A DNA stretch of 64,000 nucleotides from assembly GCA_951406725.2 (NCBI GenBank), contig OX597836.1, forward strand, positions 33,046,001 to 33,110,000, read 5' to 3'. The notes beneath the pieces are model-generated. The model was not told the origin of the DNA. It saw only the letters and a list, made by a program, of their open reading frames with translations, and did no database searches. The translations under genes and the position numbers were made by a program. This document shows, one piece after another, positions 1-13,126 of this stretch. The stretch comes from Octopus vulgaris. Its lineage: Eukaryota. Numbering within the stretch: position 1 is the first letter of the stretch; every line of letters begins with the position of its first letter.

Positions 1-232
1 TGTGAGTGGATTTGGTAGATGGGAACAGAAAGAAGCCCTTTGTATATGGATATATGTATGTATTTGTGTTTTTTTGTTGACAACTGATGCTGGTGTGTTT
101 ATGTCCCCGTAACTTAACGGTTTGGCAAAAGAGACCAATAGAATAAGTCCTGGGGTCAATTTCTTCAACTAAAGGTGGTGCTCCAGCATGACTGCAGTCA
201 AATGACTGAAACAAATAAAAGAATAAAAGAAT
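1..232 (+). mobile_element. SINE family A, 3' part
   Basis: Homologous to 705-1003. Confidence 0.85.
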
Positions 233-234
233 AC

Positions 235-485
235 AGGCTGCGTATTGTGTTCTTTCACTTTGCTCCAGTTCACTCAGCTGTAGAAATGAGTTGCAACATC
301 ACTGGTGCCAAGCTGTATCGGCCCCTTTGCCTTTCCTTTGGATAACATCAGTGGTGTGGAGAGGGAAGGCTGGCATGCATGGGCGACTGCTGGCCTTCCA
401 TAAACAACCTTGCCTGGACTTCTGCCTCTGTGGGTATCTTTCTAGGTGCAATCCCATGGTCATTCATGACCAAAGGGGTCTCCAC
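235..485 (+). mobile_element. SINE family D, 5'-truncated
   Basis: Homologous to 6150-6414. Confidence 0.85.
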
Positions 486-528
486 TCCCATACACACACA
501 TACACATATATATTATTATAATCATCAT

Positions 529-580
<52 letters not shown>

Positions 581-1003
581 TAGGCGCAGGAGTGGCTGTG
601 TGGTAAGTAGCTTGCTAACCAACCACATGGTTCCGGGTTCAGTCCCACTGCGTGGCATCTTGGGCAAGTGTCTTCTGCTATAGCCCCGGGCCGACCAATG
701 CCTTGTGAGTGGATTTGGTAAACGGAAACTGAAAGAAGCCTGTCGTATATATGTATATATATATATATATATGTGTGTGTATATGTGTTTGTATGTTTGT
801 GTTTGTCCCCCTAGCATTGCTTGACAACCGATGCTGGTGTGTTTACGTCCCTGTCACTAAGCTGTTCTTCAAAAGAGACCGATAGAATAAGTACTGGGCT
901 TACAAAGAATAAGTCCTGGGGTCGATTTGCTCGACTAAAGGCGGTGCTCCAGCATGGCCGCAGTCAAATGACTGAAACAAGTAAAAGAGTAAAGAGTAAG
1001 AGT
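581..1003 (+). mobile_element. tRNA-derived SINE family A with internal (TA/TG)n
   Basis: A box TGGCTGTGTGG, B box GGTTCAGTCCC, internal microsatellite, (gagtaaa)n tail; many copies in the window. Confidence 0.9.
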
Positions 1004-1382
1004 ATTAATTTTAAAGGAAAAATTATATACTTTGTATTAAATTTTTCATAAACTGGTTTTCCATTCTGGCCACTTGATAAATTCTTATATAGATTTTATC
1101 CTTATATTTTGTGTGTGTGTGTGTATACACACACACACACACACACAGAGGCACACACATGTGCATGTATACATTTGGTTCTGTACACACTTCATTAAGA
1201 TGCTCTTTCAAGTAGAAAGGGAGAGAAAAAGAATCTTAAGTAATCTTAAATAGTCTCTCCTTCTATTTTCACTTCTCTCACTGAATAATGTTTTCCTAGC
1301 CATGAACTTTGATAAACAATCTTGCAGAAAGCTTATCGGTTTCTCTGTATTCTTTCAGAGTTTCTGGTCCAGAGTCCATGAT

Positions 1383-1393
1383 ACACACACACT

Positions 1394-1445
<52 letters not shown>

Positions 1446-1713
1446 TATGTATATATAATATATATATGTATAAATGTATTTTACGTATGTACATACATAC
1501 GTATATATATATTTATTTTTATATATGTGCATGCATGTATTGTATGCATGTAAATGTATATATATATATATATATGAATGCATATACATATGTATATTCT
1601 TTGTAGGTGTATATATATATATATATGTGTGTGTGTGTATATATATTGTATGTATATATATATATATATGGTGTGTGTATATATATATATGTAGATGTAT
1701 ATATATACATATA

Positions 1714-1748
<35 letters not shown>

Positions 1749-1873
1749 CTGTGTGTATGTATATATACATGTATACATATGAATTAAAATTTTTTTTCTT
1801 TCTTTGAATTTATATATATATATGTATTTATACATATATATGTGTGTAGATATATATGTATGTATATATATAG

Positions 1874-1905
<32 letters not shown>

Positions 1906-1922
1906 GTATATGTATATATATA

Positions 1923-1993
<71 letters not shown>

Positions 1994-2054
1994 ATATTAT
2001 ATATACATACTTTGTACAGTTATATGTGTATTTACATATACATATGTACACATA

Positions 2055-2103
<49 letters not shown>

Positions 2104-2135
2104 ATATATAGAGAGAGAGAGAGAGAGAGAGATAT
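1383..2135. repeat. (TA)n/(TG)n compound microsatellite
   Basis: Direct reading; similar tracts at 19455-19880, 54885-55575, 57195-57690 and 58190-58860. Confidence 0.95.
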
Positions 2136-2645
2136 GGAGAGACAGTGAGAGCACTATCTAGCATTGGTAGCAAAGTAGAAATGAGATTCTAGACACTTGC
2201 ATGCATGGTTAGTCATTTGTCGTTTGTCTTCGCTGCCAATACCCGACTCAGAGACCGAGTTGCCAGACAGAATACGTGAACTTGCTTAGCAGTGTGGAAG
2301 CAACCCTAAGCTATCTTGTTCGTTTCGTACCTCGTTCAACTTATCACTTAGGTCCCCTTCGTTGTTTCGTTTCATTTGCTTTGCTCGGTTGCTTAAATTC
2401 AAATAAGTAAATTGTCAGATCAGTACACAACGATATTATGACGAACTAGCAGTTTACAAACGACTTGTGAACCCTACTAATAAGCGACTGACGGTTGAAT
2501 GGAAGGAGAGGAATCATTGAATAATTGTTTGAAAGCATACAACAAATTACTAATAATGTTTACTATATTATGAAATTGTAACCCCCCGCTGATCCCTGTT
2601 GCTAGTTATAGGCACCACTGTCGACTTTAATATACAGAATAACTA

Positions 2646-2840
2646 GCGACGAGGTGGCAGAAACGTTAGCGCACCGGGAAAAATGCTCAGCGGTATTTCG
2701 TCTGTCGATACGTTTTGAGTTCAAATTCCGTCGAGGTCGACTTTGTCTTTCATCCTTTCAGGGTCGATTAAATAAGTACCAGTTACGCACTGGGATCAAT
2801 TTAATCTGTTTGTCTGTCCTTGTGGGTAGTAAAGAAATAA
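2646..2840 (+). mobile_element. SINE family B
   Basis: Homologous to 5216-5447. Confidence 0.85.
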
Positions 2841-3783
2841 GAATAACTAGCCTAAGATTTCTGTTTGTCTTGTTTCTCAGCCGTTAACAGAGACTGTGTG
2901 TATATTCCTTTCTACTATAGGTGCAAGACCTGAAATCTTGGGGGAGGGGACTAGTTGATTACAATCGACCTCAGTACATAACTGATACTTATTTGATCAA
3001 CTCCAAAAGGAGAAAAGGCACAGTCAAACTTTGCAGAATTTAAACTCAGAACATAAAGCTTGTATGTATAATGAGTTATGTATAATGTGATTGCTTGACC
3101 TGCTGCAAATAGTAGCCAAACCCTTGTTCAAATCTCTCTGCTCACTACTAAATAAAAGCCTAAAAGATATGATACATACACATATATATAATCATCATTG
3201 TCATCATCATCATCTTCCTTAATGTCTATTATCCATGCTGGCATTAGTAGGATGGATTGACCAGAGCTGCCAAGCCTGAGAGCTGCACCAGGTTCCAGTC
3301 TGATTTGGCTTGGTTTCTACCCCTGGATGCCCTTCATAAAGCCCTCCACTTTACAGTGTGTGTGCTGGGTGCTTTTTACAGAATATATTGGGTGGCACCA
3401 GCATGGGTGCTGTTACATGACACTAACACAGGTGCCATTGCATGGCACCATATAAGAGGCACCCATTATATGGGAGCCTCTTCAGCTGGGGAAGTGGCAT
3501 TAATGCTTCTACTGCAGAGGATGGGTCTTTACAGGGTTCAATGTCCTGAGATCATCCTTCAGTAATTTGTGCTATGTCTTCCTGGGCCTCCCTCTTCCAT
3601 GAGTTCCATCCACTTTGGATTACTGGCACTTCTTTATGGAGCTGTCTACATCCATCCACACTTCCCATATTTTATTTATGGTGACGTGCTGAATGCTGCA
3701 ACCAGCAATTGATTGATGATGGGGAATATTGTAAGAGAGATCTCTTTCCCATGCAAATTCATAGAACCTGCCTTCCCTGACTC

Positions 3784-3829
3784 TGTTGCTGAAGAGGAGA
3801 CAACCACTCTGAAACACATGCATTCAACA
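3784..3829 (+). ncRNA. Type I hammerhead ribozyme motif with decayed stem III
   Basis: tgttg CTGAAGA ggag-acaacca-ctct GAAA cacatgca TT caaca. Confidence 0.65.
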
Positions 3830-4059
3830 CTCTAGTTAGTGGGAACAGTGGACTAATACAATGTATTTACACTTTTCTTTCTACATCAAGAAATTTTCAT
3901 CATGATAGAAAAAAGTAAATGAATTTTTTTATGGGTTCAAATATGCCCCAATCATATTTGAACTGGTAACAAGTATATATATGTAGTTATATATATATGT
4001 ATATGTATTTTTATATATGTATATATGTAACCACATGGGAATCGTTAGTGATTTTTTTT

Positions 4060-4455
4060 TTTCCTCCATCTTCCTTTTCTATTGGACTTTCCTCTGTTTA
4101 TGAAGAAGAGAGCTTTGCTCGAAACATTAAGCCACTTTTCTTTCCTTCGCTGAGCATCTGCTAATACTTTACATGTACCACGTGCTCGCGTTGTTGTTTT
4201 TTTTATGTTTGTTCTTCGATTTTGGGGATTTACTATAAATATTTTTTTTCTGGTCATTTCATTATGTTAAACTATTAATCCCAACACATTGTTTTTCTCT
4301 CTCCATTGTTTTACCTCTCATCCCTTTCTGTCAAAGAGCATAGGCTCAAAATATCAAAGACTTCTCCATTCTTCCCAAGTGGCATCAAACTAATACATTT
4401 GCATTTTGCCTACTCACCTATCTTCATCTTTTATTTTCTGTAAATTTGAACCTTT
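4060..4455 (+). mobile_element. Two adjacent Penelope-like 3' ends with decayed hammerhead motifs (4096-4130, 4324-4359)
   Basis: TGAAGA agagagc-ttt-gctc GAAA caTT and CTGTCAA agagc-atag-gctc AAAA taTC. The second is homologous to 46258-46447. Confidence 0.5.
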
Positions 4456-5032
4456 TATATTTATGTATATGTATATGCATATATGAATATATTATTTATA
4501 TAAATTTATATAATATAAATGTGTGTGTATACATGTATGTATGTAGGAATGAATGTATGTACGTATGTATGTATACCTGTATGTATGTATGCATGTGTTT
4601 TTGTGCTTGTGTTTATCCCACACCATTGTTTGGCAATCATTGCTGGTTTATCTTCCCAAAACTTAGCAGTTCAGCAAAAGAAATTGATAAAATAAGTCCA
4701 AAATTTTAAAACAAGTAATGGGGTCAATTTCTTCAACTAAATCCCTTGAGGCATTGACACAAAACAAGGAAAAGATAAGATATATGGTAATTCTTCCTTG
4801 AAATACAAGGATTTACAGAGCTTGGAGCTTAAACTCAAATTTCCATAGCATTAAGCATGGCAGAAATAATCTTTCCTTGAGCGACATATGATATGAACGA
4901 CCACCATTGTTAAATTCCTGACAGAAAGATCTGATGCGTATTACTAATATGTGAACTAACAAGACAACAACCCGCAAGAAATAGCAGTTAAATTCTCGTC
5001 AAATCACACTTATTGGATAATACCAACTTGGA

Positions 5033-5900
5033 TATAAAAGGTGCATTCCAGAAGTTCTGAGATTTTTTCAAGAGAGACATTAATTTCAAAGAAGCACAAA
5101 ACTCTAATCTCCTTCAAAGTAGGATCCACTGACCTCAATGAACTTGTTGCAGTGCTCCAGCCACTTTGTGAAGGCCCCATGGATGCCCTCCAAAGTGAAG
5201 GTATCTAGGACCCTTCAAGGCGGCGAGCTGGCAGAATCGTTAGCACACCGCATGAAATGCTTAGCGGTATTTCGTCTGCTGCTACGTTCTGAGTTCAAAT
5301 TCCACCGAGGTCGACTTTGCCTTCCATCCTTTTGGGGTTGATTAAATAAGTACCAGTTACGCACTGGGTCGATATACTCATCTTAATCCATTTGTCTGTC
5401 CTTGTTTGTCCTCTCTATGTTTAGCCCCTTGCGGGCAGTAAAGAAATAGGTATCTAGGACCCTTGTCTCAGCCTCCTTCAGCTTGGAGAACAACCAAAAG
5501 TCACAGGGAGCAGGGTTTGGATTGTAGGGAGGGTGAGGGGCAGTTTTGATGCCTGTCTCTGTCAAGTAGTTGGTTACCAGGATGGAACTGAAGATGGGTG
5601 CGTTATCCTGGTGCGTTTGCTCTGGCGTCTTGCAATGAGATCTCTCCCTGAACCCCTTCAAAACCTCCAAAAAGTACTCTATGTTGACCATCTGGCACGA
5701 GGGATCCTGGAGGACATAGATAATGCCCTTGCTGTCAAAAAAGGGGATTATCATGTGCTCCCAGTGGACTCACTTTGCATGGCCATTTGTGCCAGCAAAG
5801 AAACAGATGTTCGACTCATACAAGTTAATCCATGACCAGTCTGGAGCACTTCATAAGTTTCTATAGTATTTTTCCCCCAGTTTAACACAAAACTTCATTG
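5033..5900 (-). pseudogene. Mariner (Tc1/mariner) transposase remnant interrupted by a SINE
   Basis: FFDSKGIIY..HQDNAP..HPPYNPNPAPCDFWLFSKLK (mariner HDNA and YSPDLAP-D motifs). After removing the SINE it continues FTLEGIHGAFTKWLEHCNKFIEVSGSYFEGD*. Element ends are approximate. Confidence 0.85.
5216..5447 (+). mobile_element. tRNA-derived SINE family B, full length
   Basis: A box TGGCAGAATCG, B box GTTCAAATTC; 17-bp TSD aggtatctaggaccctt at 5199-5215 and 5448-5464. Confidence 0.9.
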
Positions 5901-6074
5901 CATAGTTAGCTTCCAAGTTGTTTTCATGTCTCAACTGCCCCTTCTGCAGACCAATCAGCTGGGATAAGCAATGTTTAACAGTGTGCATGCAAAGGGCTGT
6001 TACAGTTGTCTCCTTCTGTTTGGAATAACAAAAGTTGGCAGGTCAGCCTATTAAATGTATAGTAATGTCAGTGT

Positions 6075-6416
6075 ATGTGAAGGCGCATGGCTCAGTGGTT
6101 AGAGCGTCGAGCTTACAATCGTGAGGTTGTGAGTTCGAATCCTGGGCTGGGCTGCATGTTGTGTTCTTGAGCAAGACACTTTATTTCACGTTGTTCCAGT
6201 TCACTCAGCTGTAGAAATGAGTTATGATGTCACAGATGCCCAGCTGTATCAGCCGTTGCTTTTCCCTTGGATAACACTGGTGGCGTGGAGAGGAGAGGCT
6301 GGTATGCATGAGTGACTTCTGGTCTGCCATAAACAACCTTGCCCGGACTTGTGCCTGGGAGGGTAACTTTCTAGGTGTAATCCCATGGTCTGTGTCATGT
6401 CCAAAGGGGGTCTCAG
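6075..6416 (+). mobile_element. tRNA-derived SINE family D (CORE-like centre)
   Basis: A box TGGCTCAGTGG, B box GTTCGAATCC; CORE-like ttgtgttcttgagcaagacacttta; TSD aatgtcagtgt at 6064-6074 and 6417-6427. Confidence 0.9.
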
Positions 6417-7248
6417 AATGTCAGTGTGCATATACAACAGAGGGTAAGCAATTTGAGACAAAAACTGGGTATACGAGACATCAGATGTAGGATGCAAGAG
6501 AGAAGACTGCGTATGTATGGTCATGTAATGCATATGAATGAACACAGTTGCATCAAGAGATGCCAATCTCTAACTGTGGAGAGAACGTGTGGAATGGGTA
6601 GAGCCAGGAAGGTGTGGGATGAAATAGTGAGAAAAAATCTTAAGATGTTGGGTCTCACAGAGGAGATGACAGGGGACCAAGACTCCTGTTAAGGTGGCGA
6701 GCTGGCAGAAACGTTAGCACGCCAGGCGAAATGCTTAGCAGTATTTCATCTGCTGTTACGTTGTGAGTTCAAATTCCGCCAAGGTCGATAAATTAAATAC
6801 CAGTTATGCACTGGGGTTGATGTAATCGACTTAATACCTATGTCTGTTCTTGTTTGTCCCCTCTGTGTTTAGCCCCTTGTGGGTAATAAAGAAATAGGTG
6901 GTTCGCTGTTCTTGAGAAGGTACATCAAGCTAAGTAAAAGTGTGGTTGCCTGCATCTTCTCCAGCTGAGAATTCCTAGTCTTGCAGGCTCGTGGGTGCTA
7001 GTGTTATGTGAAAAAGCACCCATACCAGTGCCATGTAGATGCACCCGTGCCGGTGCTGCACAAAAGCACCAAGTACACTCTGTAAAGTGGTTAGTGTTAG
7101 GAAGGGGATCCAACCATAGAAAACCATGCTAAAACAAACGATTGGCGCCTGGACAAGTCTTCAGCTGGCCAGCTCCTATCAAAACCATCCAAGCCATCCA
7201 AGCATGGAAGACGGACATTAAATGATGAGGATGATGATGATGATGAGT
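6417..7248 (+). mobile_element. RTE-clade LINE 3' remnant (ORF C-terminus, 3' UTR, (GAT)n tail)
   Basis: RRLRMYGHVMHM..GMGRARKVWDEIVRKNL matches the RTE C-terminal RLRWxGHVxRM..RGRPxKxW pattern; interrupted by a family B SINE. Confidence 0.8.
6690..6897 (+). mobile_element. SINE family B inside an RTE remnant
   Basis: Homologous to 5216-5447 with an internal deletion. Confidence 0.85.
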
Positions 7249-7954
7249 AACGATATTCTAAAACTCCAATAATCTGGGACATTCATAATTGCCTCTGCTA
7301 AAAAAAAAAAATCTTAAAACTTCTGGAATGCACCTCGTAAAAATATGCGGAAATGGTGGAAGACCTTTGATCATAGGGTCTGCTCAGTCAAAAAGCAGAC
7401 ATGGTATTAAACAGCAACTAATAATACACTAGTAGAATTGATTGCGTTTTTTTTTTTTTTTTTTTTTGCTAGAAGGTGGTATTGGAAACATCTGGATCAA
7501 ATTTGAACTTCTGTTGCAAAAGCCAAAAGTTCAAATATACTACCTTTTTCTTGTTTTTTTTTTGTTTTTTTGTTGTTGTTTTTTTGTCCAATTTGCCTGT
7601 CTACATTATTAAACTGCACATGTTTGCCATATTATTCGCATTATCAAATTATATCTTGTCTGGCTCTCAATTTTCTGGGTTCCTTCCGCAAAAATATACC
7701 ACACTTGATGTGTTTCGTTCTGCTAATTTGAAATCTGTCACTAACAATGTGACATTTAGAATAAAAAAGAAAAAAATTTAAACCAAAAAAAAACAAAAAA
7801 TAAATCAACAAAAATGCAACAGCAATAAGACAAACTAATTATTTGCTTTTTGTTTTTTGTTTTTGTTTTTGCTTTTCAATTACCCTGTATAATTTAATGA
7901 TGATGATAATAATAATAATGATAATAATAATAATGATAACAATAATAATAATAA

Positions 7955-8560
7955 TAATGGTTTCAAATTTTGGCACATGACCAGCAAATTTGGGGGAGTT
8001 GATTACATTGACCCCCTAATGCTTAACTTATACTCATCTTATCGACCCCAAAAGGATTCAAAGGCAAAGTTGATCTTGGTGGAATTTGAACTCAGAACAA
8101 GCATTTTGCCCAGCATGCTAACGATTCTGTCAGCTCATTGCCTTGATGATGATGATGATGATGATAATTCTTTCTTCTATAAGCATAAGGCCTGAAATTT
8201 TGAGGAGAGGGACTAGTCGATACTGCCAACCTCAGTACTCAACTGGTGCTTATTCCATCAGCCCCAAAAGGATGCCGATAAGCATTTTGTCTAGGGTGCT
8301 CACGATTCTGCCAATTGGACGCTTTACTACTACTCCTAATAACCCTTTCTACTATAGGCATAAAGCCTGAAATTTGGGGGAGGGGACAAGTCGATTACAA
8401 TGACCCCAGTGTATCACTGGTGCTTAATTTATCAACCCTGAAAGGATGAAAAGCAAAATCCGGCCTGAGGAAAATTTGAACTCAGAATGTAAAGACAGAT
8501 GAAATGCCGCTAAGCAATTTGTCCGGCATGCTAATGGTTCTGTCAGCTCACCACCTTTTA
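7955..8560 (-). mobile_element. Three tandem degenerate family-B-like SINEs
   Basis: Repeated aggcctgaaatttt..gaggggacnagtcga..gaactcagaa..gctaacgattctg blocks on the reverse strand. Confidence 0.7.
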
Positions 8561-9158
8561 CTACTTCTACTACTACTACTAATAATAATAATAATTCTTT
8601 TATTGATCTTAAGGGATCAAAACAATGCGAATAATACAAGGATGAGAAACACACTCAAAAATTGGGTATACATTAAGTAAAAAGAGGCAAAATAATGATA
8701 AACAAGACAAATTTTATCAGTGCAGAATTTCAGCAACAAAACCAATTTGAGTATTCCAAGAGAAAATCCCACATAAAAGCAAGGTCACTCTACCACATTG
8801 AAGGCATCAAAGATGCCCTTTCCTTGGTTCTTTCCTTCTACTTAGAATACCACACTCAGACTAGGCCCTGTTCAATGTCACCACTCTTGCCATTCACTCA
8901 CCCTTAGTTTTCACTTAACACAATATAAGACAGCACCTTTCCCTCTCTAACACCAACCCTTCTTTTCATGTAACACTTGAAGAAGTTGATGAGAACATGA
9001 CCAGATAGGAACATGCCTGTCTTCAAACCTTTCATATGAGCCAAGCACACAACTTCTTTTACCATAAACCACCAGGCAAAGACTAACCAACACATCATGG
9101 TGTGTTGATATTCATTCTTGACTTAACTGATTCATTATACATAAGACAGCAGCAGCTA

Positions 9159-9520
9159 GTGGAGGCGCAATGGCCCAGTGGTAAGGGCAGCGGACTCACG
9201 GTCGAAGGATCGTGGTTTCGATTCCAGACCGGGCGTTGTGTGTGTTTATTGAGCGAAAACACCACGAGGCTCCGGCAGGGGGTGATGGCGACCCCTGTTG
9301 TACTCTTTCGCTCCAACTTTCTCTCACTCTTCCTTCCTGTTTCTTGTCCCCAACTTCCTACACAACCGCTGAGCCTGGATATGCATTTATCCATCCGTCG
9401 ATGCTCTCGGTGTCGGGGGTTGACCTGCTTTCTCTTCTGCGGGTCTTACGAATAGCAAAGGACCATGTTTCGAACTTCTCCCAGAGAGGACGAAGACCGC
9501 TTCGCTCAACAAACAAACAG
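9159..9520 (+). mobile_element. tRNA-derived SINE family E, tail type 1
   Basis: A box TGGCCCAGTGG, B-box-like GTTTCGATTCC; head and core shared with other E copies. Confidence 0.85.
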
Positions 9521-9954
9521 CAGCAGCTATTTGACCCAATCCCACAAATCAGTAACACAAGGTCACTAAACAGTGATGTATAGAAGATTTATGGCCTTGT
9601 GTGCGTGTCAAACAGGTTCAGCCTTTAGCACTTCCATACATGTAGAGCTTGCTCAAATGGGTAACACCCTCTGTAGTCAGGGCCACCTTAGCAGCATTAC
9701 AGGTTCCTAGGTTCTATTGTATTTGTTGATAGCAAGCAACAGAATACATAAATTAGAACTGGTCTCCTAGATCCATTTGCACCCAAACCCCCAGGCAAAT
9801 CAATGCATTGGGTCCTATAGTATTTGTCTATTGATAGTAAGCCATAAAATACATAGACCAGAATTAGGCCCCTACACTTGTGTGGCTCCCAGGTAAATCA
9901 ATGACCCTATAGTTATTCATTTATGGACAGTAAGCCACAGCATATGCCGTGCAT

Positions 9955-10418
<464 letters not shown>

Positions 10419-11128
10419 GGTTATAAACCAAACTATGTCTTCACAAAGCACATGTGCTTATTCAATTTCCCCAAAGTATCTCCAAAGGTGTTATCATCCG
10501 TATGAGAGTTGAAAACTCTGGAGAATACTGTTTATTGCAGAGTAATTACATAATGAAATGGAAAACTCGAGAATTTTGGTATTAATCATTCTACACTACA
10601 TACATTTCTTTATTTTACATCCTGGTGTTGGATAAATAATTTAACAAAGCAGGAAGAAAGAAAGTATTCGCTCAATGCACTGCGATTACTGTTACACGAC
10701 CTTAAGCACTCTCTGCCAATGGTTCACAGTGAAACGCTTACCCTAAACTGCTGACAGTTCTTTATTTTACAATAATGTGTCAGTCCACTTTTAGTCAGTT
10801 GGGGGTGGTCAGAATCCTTCCACAACACTTACCAATAGGGGGTTACATTTGTATGCATGTGGAAATTACTTATGATAAACCTCTTGTTAATAACAGAAAA
10901 ATTTTCCACTTTTTCTTTCAATATGGAATTAAATATAATATATAGTATTATATATGGTGTGTGGCCAAGCGGTTAGGTTACTTGGCTCACAATGGTAAAG
11001 CCTTGAGTCCAATACACAGTGTCTTTGTGTGTGTATATATATATTCACACACACATATATATACTTATATATATATATATATATATATTTAAAGCATATA
11101 TATTCAACAAAATCTGTATATATATATA

Positions 11129-11460
11129 CCGGAGTAAACACATAAATGTGAAACAAGGTGGAAAAAAGAGTACTCAAATACCAGTGGTAGAGTAATATGC
11201 TTTATTTAAAGCAGGAGAAAATTCAACAAAACCTGTTACTCTGAGTTTCCCGTTGCCGTTCATCGGACAGTTTTTGCTAGAATGGAACCGATATGTCAAT
11301 TCTCGGACAGTTTTTGCTAGAATGGAACGGATATGTCAATTCTATCTGGATAGAATTGACATATCGGTTCCATTCTAGCAAAAACTGTCCGATGAACGGC
11401 AACGGGAATCTCAGAGTAACAGGTTTTGTTGAATTTTCTGCTGCTTTAAATAAAGTATAT
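11129..11460. mobile_element. Fold-back Penelope-like remnant (family H) with a hammerhead motif in each arm
   Basis: Inverted arms ~11195-11346 and 11349-11460, with a 40-bp tandem duplication in the left arm. Minus 11233-11270 reads ctgt CCGATGA acg-gcaa-cgg GAAA ctcagag TA acag; the plus copy 11385-11422 has GAAT. Embedded in (TA)n. Confidence 0.7.
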
Positions 11461-11709
11461 ATATATATATATGTAGACCTGTCAAGCCAAAATGAAATTG
11501 TAGTTGTGGCTGATACCAGTGTAATGTGAATGGCATGTAAATAGCACCCATTACACTCTTGGAGTGGTTGGCATTAGGAAGGGCATCCAGCCATAGAAAA
11601 CCATGCCATAACCAGACTGGAACTTGGTGCAGCTCTCCGGCTTACCTGTTCCAGTCAAACCATCCAACCCATGCCAGCATGGAAAGCAGACGCTAAATGA
11701 TATTGATGA

Positions 11710-11746
<37 letters not shown>

Positions 11747-11771
11747 CACATATACATACACACTCACACGC

Positions 11772-11817
<46 letters not shown>

Positions 11818-13126
11818 ACATATACATACACACACACACATATATACATATATTTACACATGCACACACATATAGACATGTACACACTCACGTACTCACA
11901 TATATACAGAGAGAGAGAGAGAAAGAGAGGTGAAGCTTTTTCCAACCACAATCCAGATATAATATTTCTACAAAGAATGCTGGTCAGTGTTCTGGTTAAG
12001 ACGATTATGATGATGATGATGATGATAATGAAAGCTTGTTTCTTTTTGTTTCATTTCAAAGACGGAATTTGGAATTTGAGTTAGATTAATGAAGAATTGG
12101 CTGTAAAGAGGATGGTTGGATGGATGGATGGATGGTATGGTATGGTATGGTATGGTATGGTATGGTAGTGTAAAGAAAGAGAGACTGCGATTTGTGAATG
12201 AACAGAAGAAAAAGAAAACGAAAGAGAAAGGAGAGAAGTTGTGGTAGAAATCGGTCAATAAGATAAAGATTAAGAAAGAAAAAAAAACAAAAACAAGCAA
12301 GACGAAGGAATAAAACAAAGCTAAGCTAAGCTCAGCTAAGCCAGAGTAAAACCAAAGCATAAAAAGATAGTAAGCAGCTGGAAGGTAACAAAATCATTCT
12401 TCTGAATAAAACCCTATTTTCTGCTCATTAGCTTACAAATTTCTCGCTTTCTTGGAGATTATCAATGACTTTCTTGAAAAGAAAAGGATAAAGTAAAAAA
12501 AAAAAAAAAGAAGAAGAAAAAAAAAAAGAAATGAAGAAAAAGAAACAAAAAAGAAAAAAACAGAAGTACAGAAATATATATATATATATACGTATATAAA
12601 TAAATAAATACATAAATAAATAATGCTGAACAACAAAAACTTTCATATTTGATGATTATGATGTGTGTAATATTGTGTGTGATATCATGTGATTTATGTG
12701 ATAAAGGTGGTGTTTATAATATGAATGATACTGATAGCAAAACTCATATATATATATGTTGTTGTTGTTGGTGGTGGTGGTGGAGTAGGCTTGGTAGTGT
12801 TGGTGGGGTGACGAGGTTTGCCACCACATGTTTCCAGATTCATTCTGTTGCGTGGTACTGCTACCAAATATTTAATTTTTTATATTTCCTACTGGAGCGC
12901 TTGGTCGATTACAATGTCTTCTGAGTGAAGTTTGTCAGATGAAAACTATGCGGAAGCCTATATATATATATATATATATATCCTCATCATCATCCTCATC
13001 ATCATCATCATCATTTAACATCCGTTGTCCATGCTGTTGAGCTGAGGAGCTGCGCCAGACTCCAGTCTGATTTGGTATGGTTCCTACAGCCGGATGCCCT
13101 TCCTAACACCAACCACTTTACAGAGT

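Noticed and set aside
6077-6150. tRNA genes at SINE heads (also 9159, 13127, 33728)
   Set aside because: A/B boxes are present but there is no closed acceptor stem, and each continues into a shared SINE body, often with a TSD.
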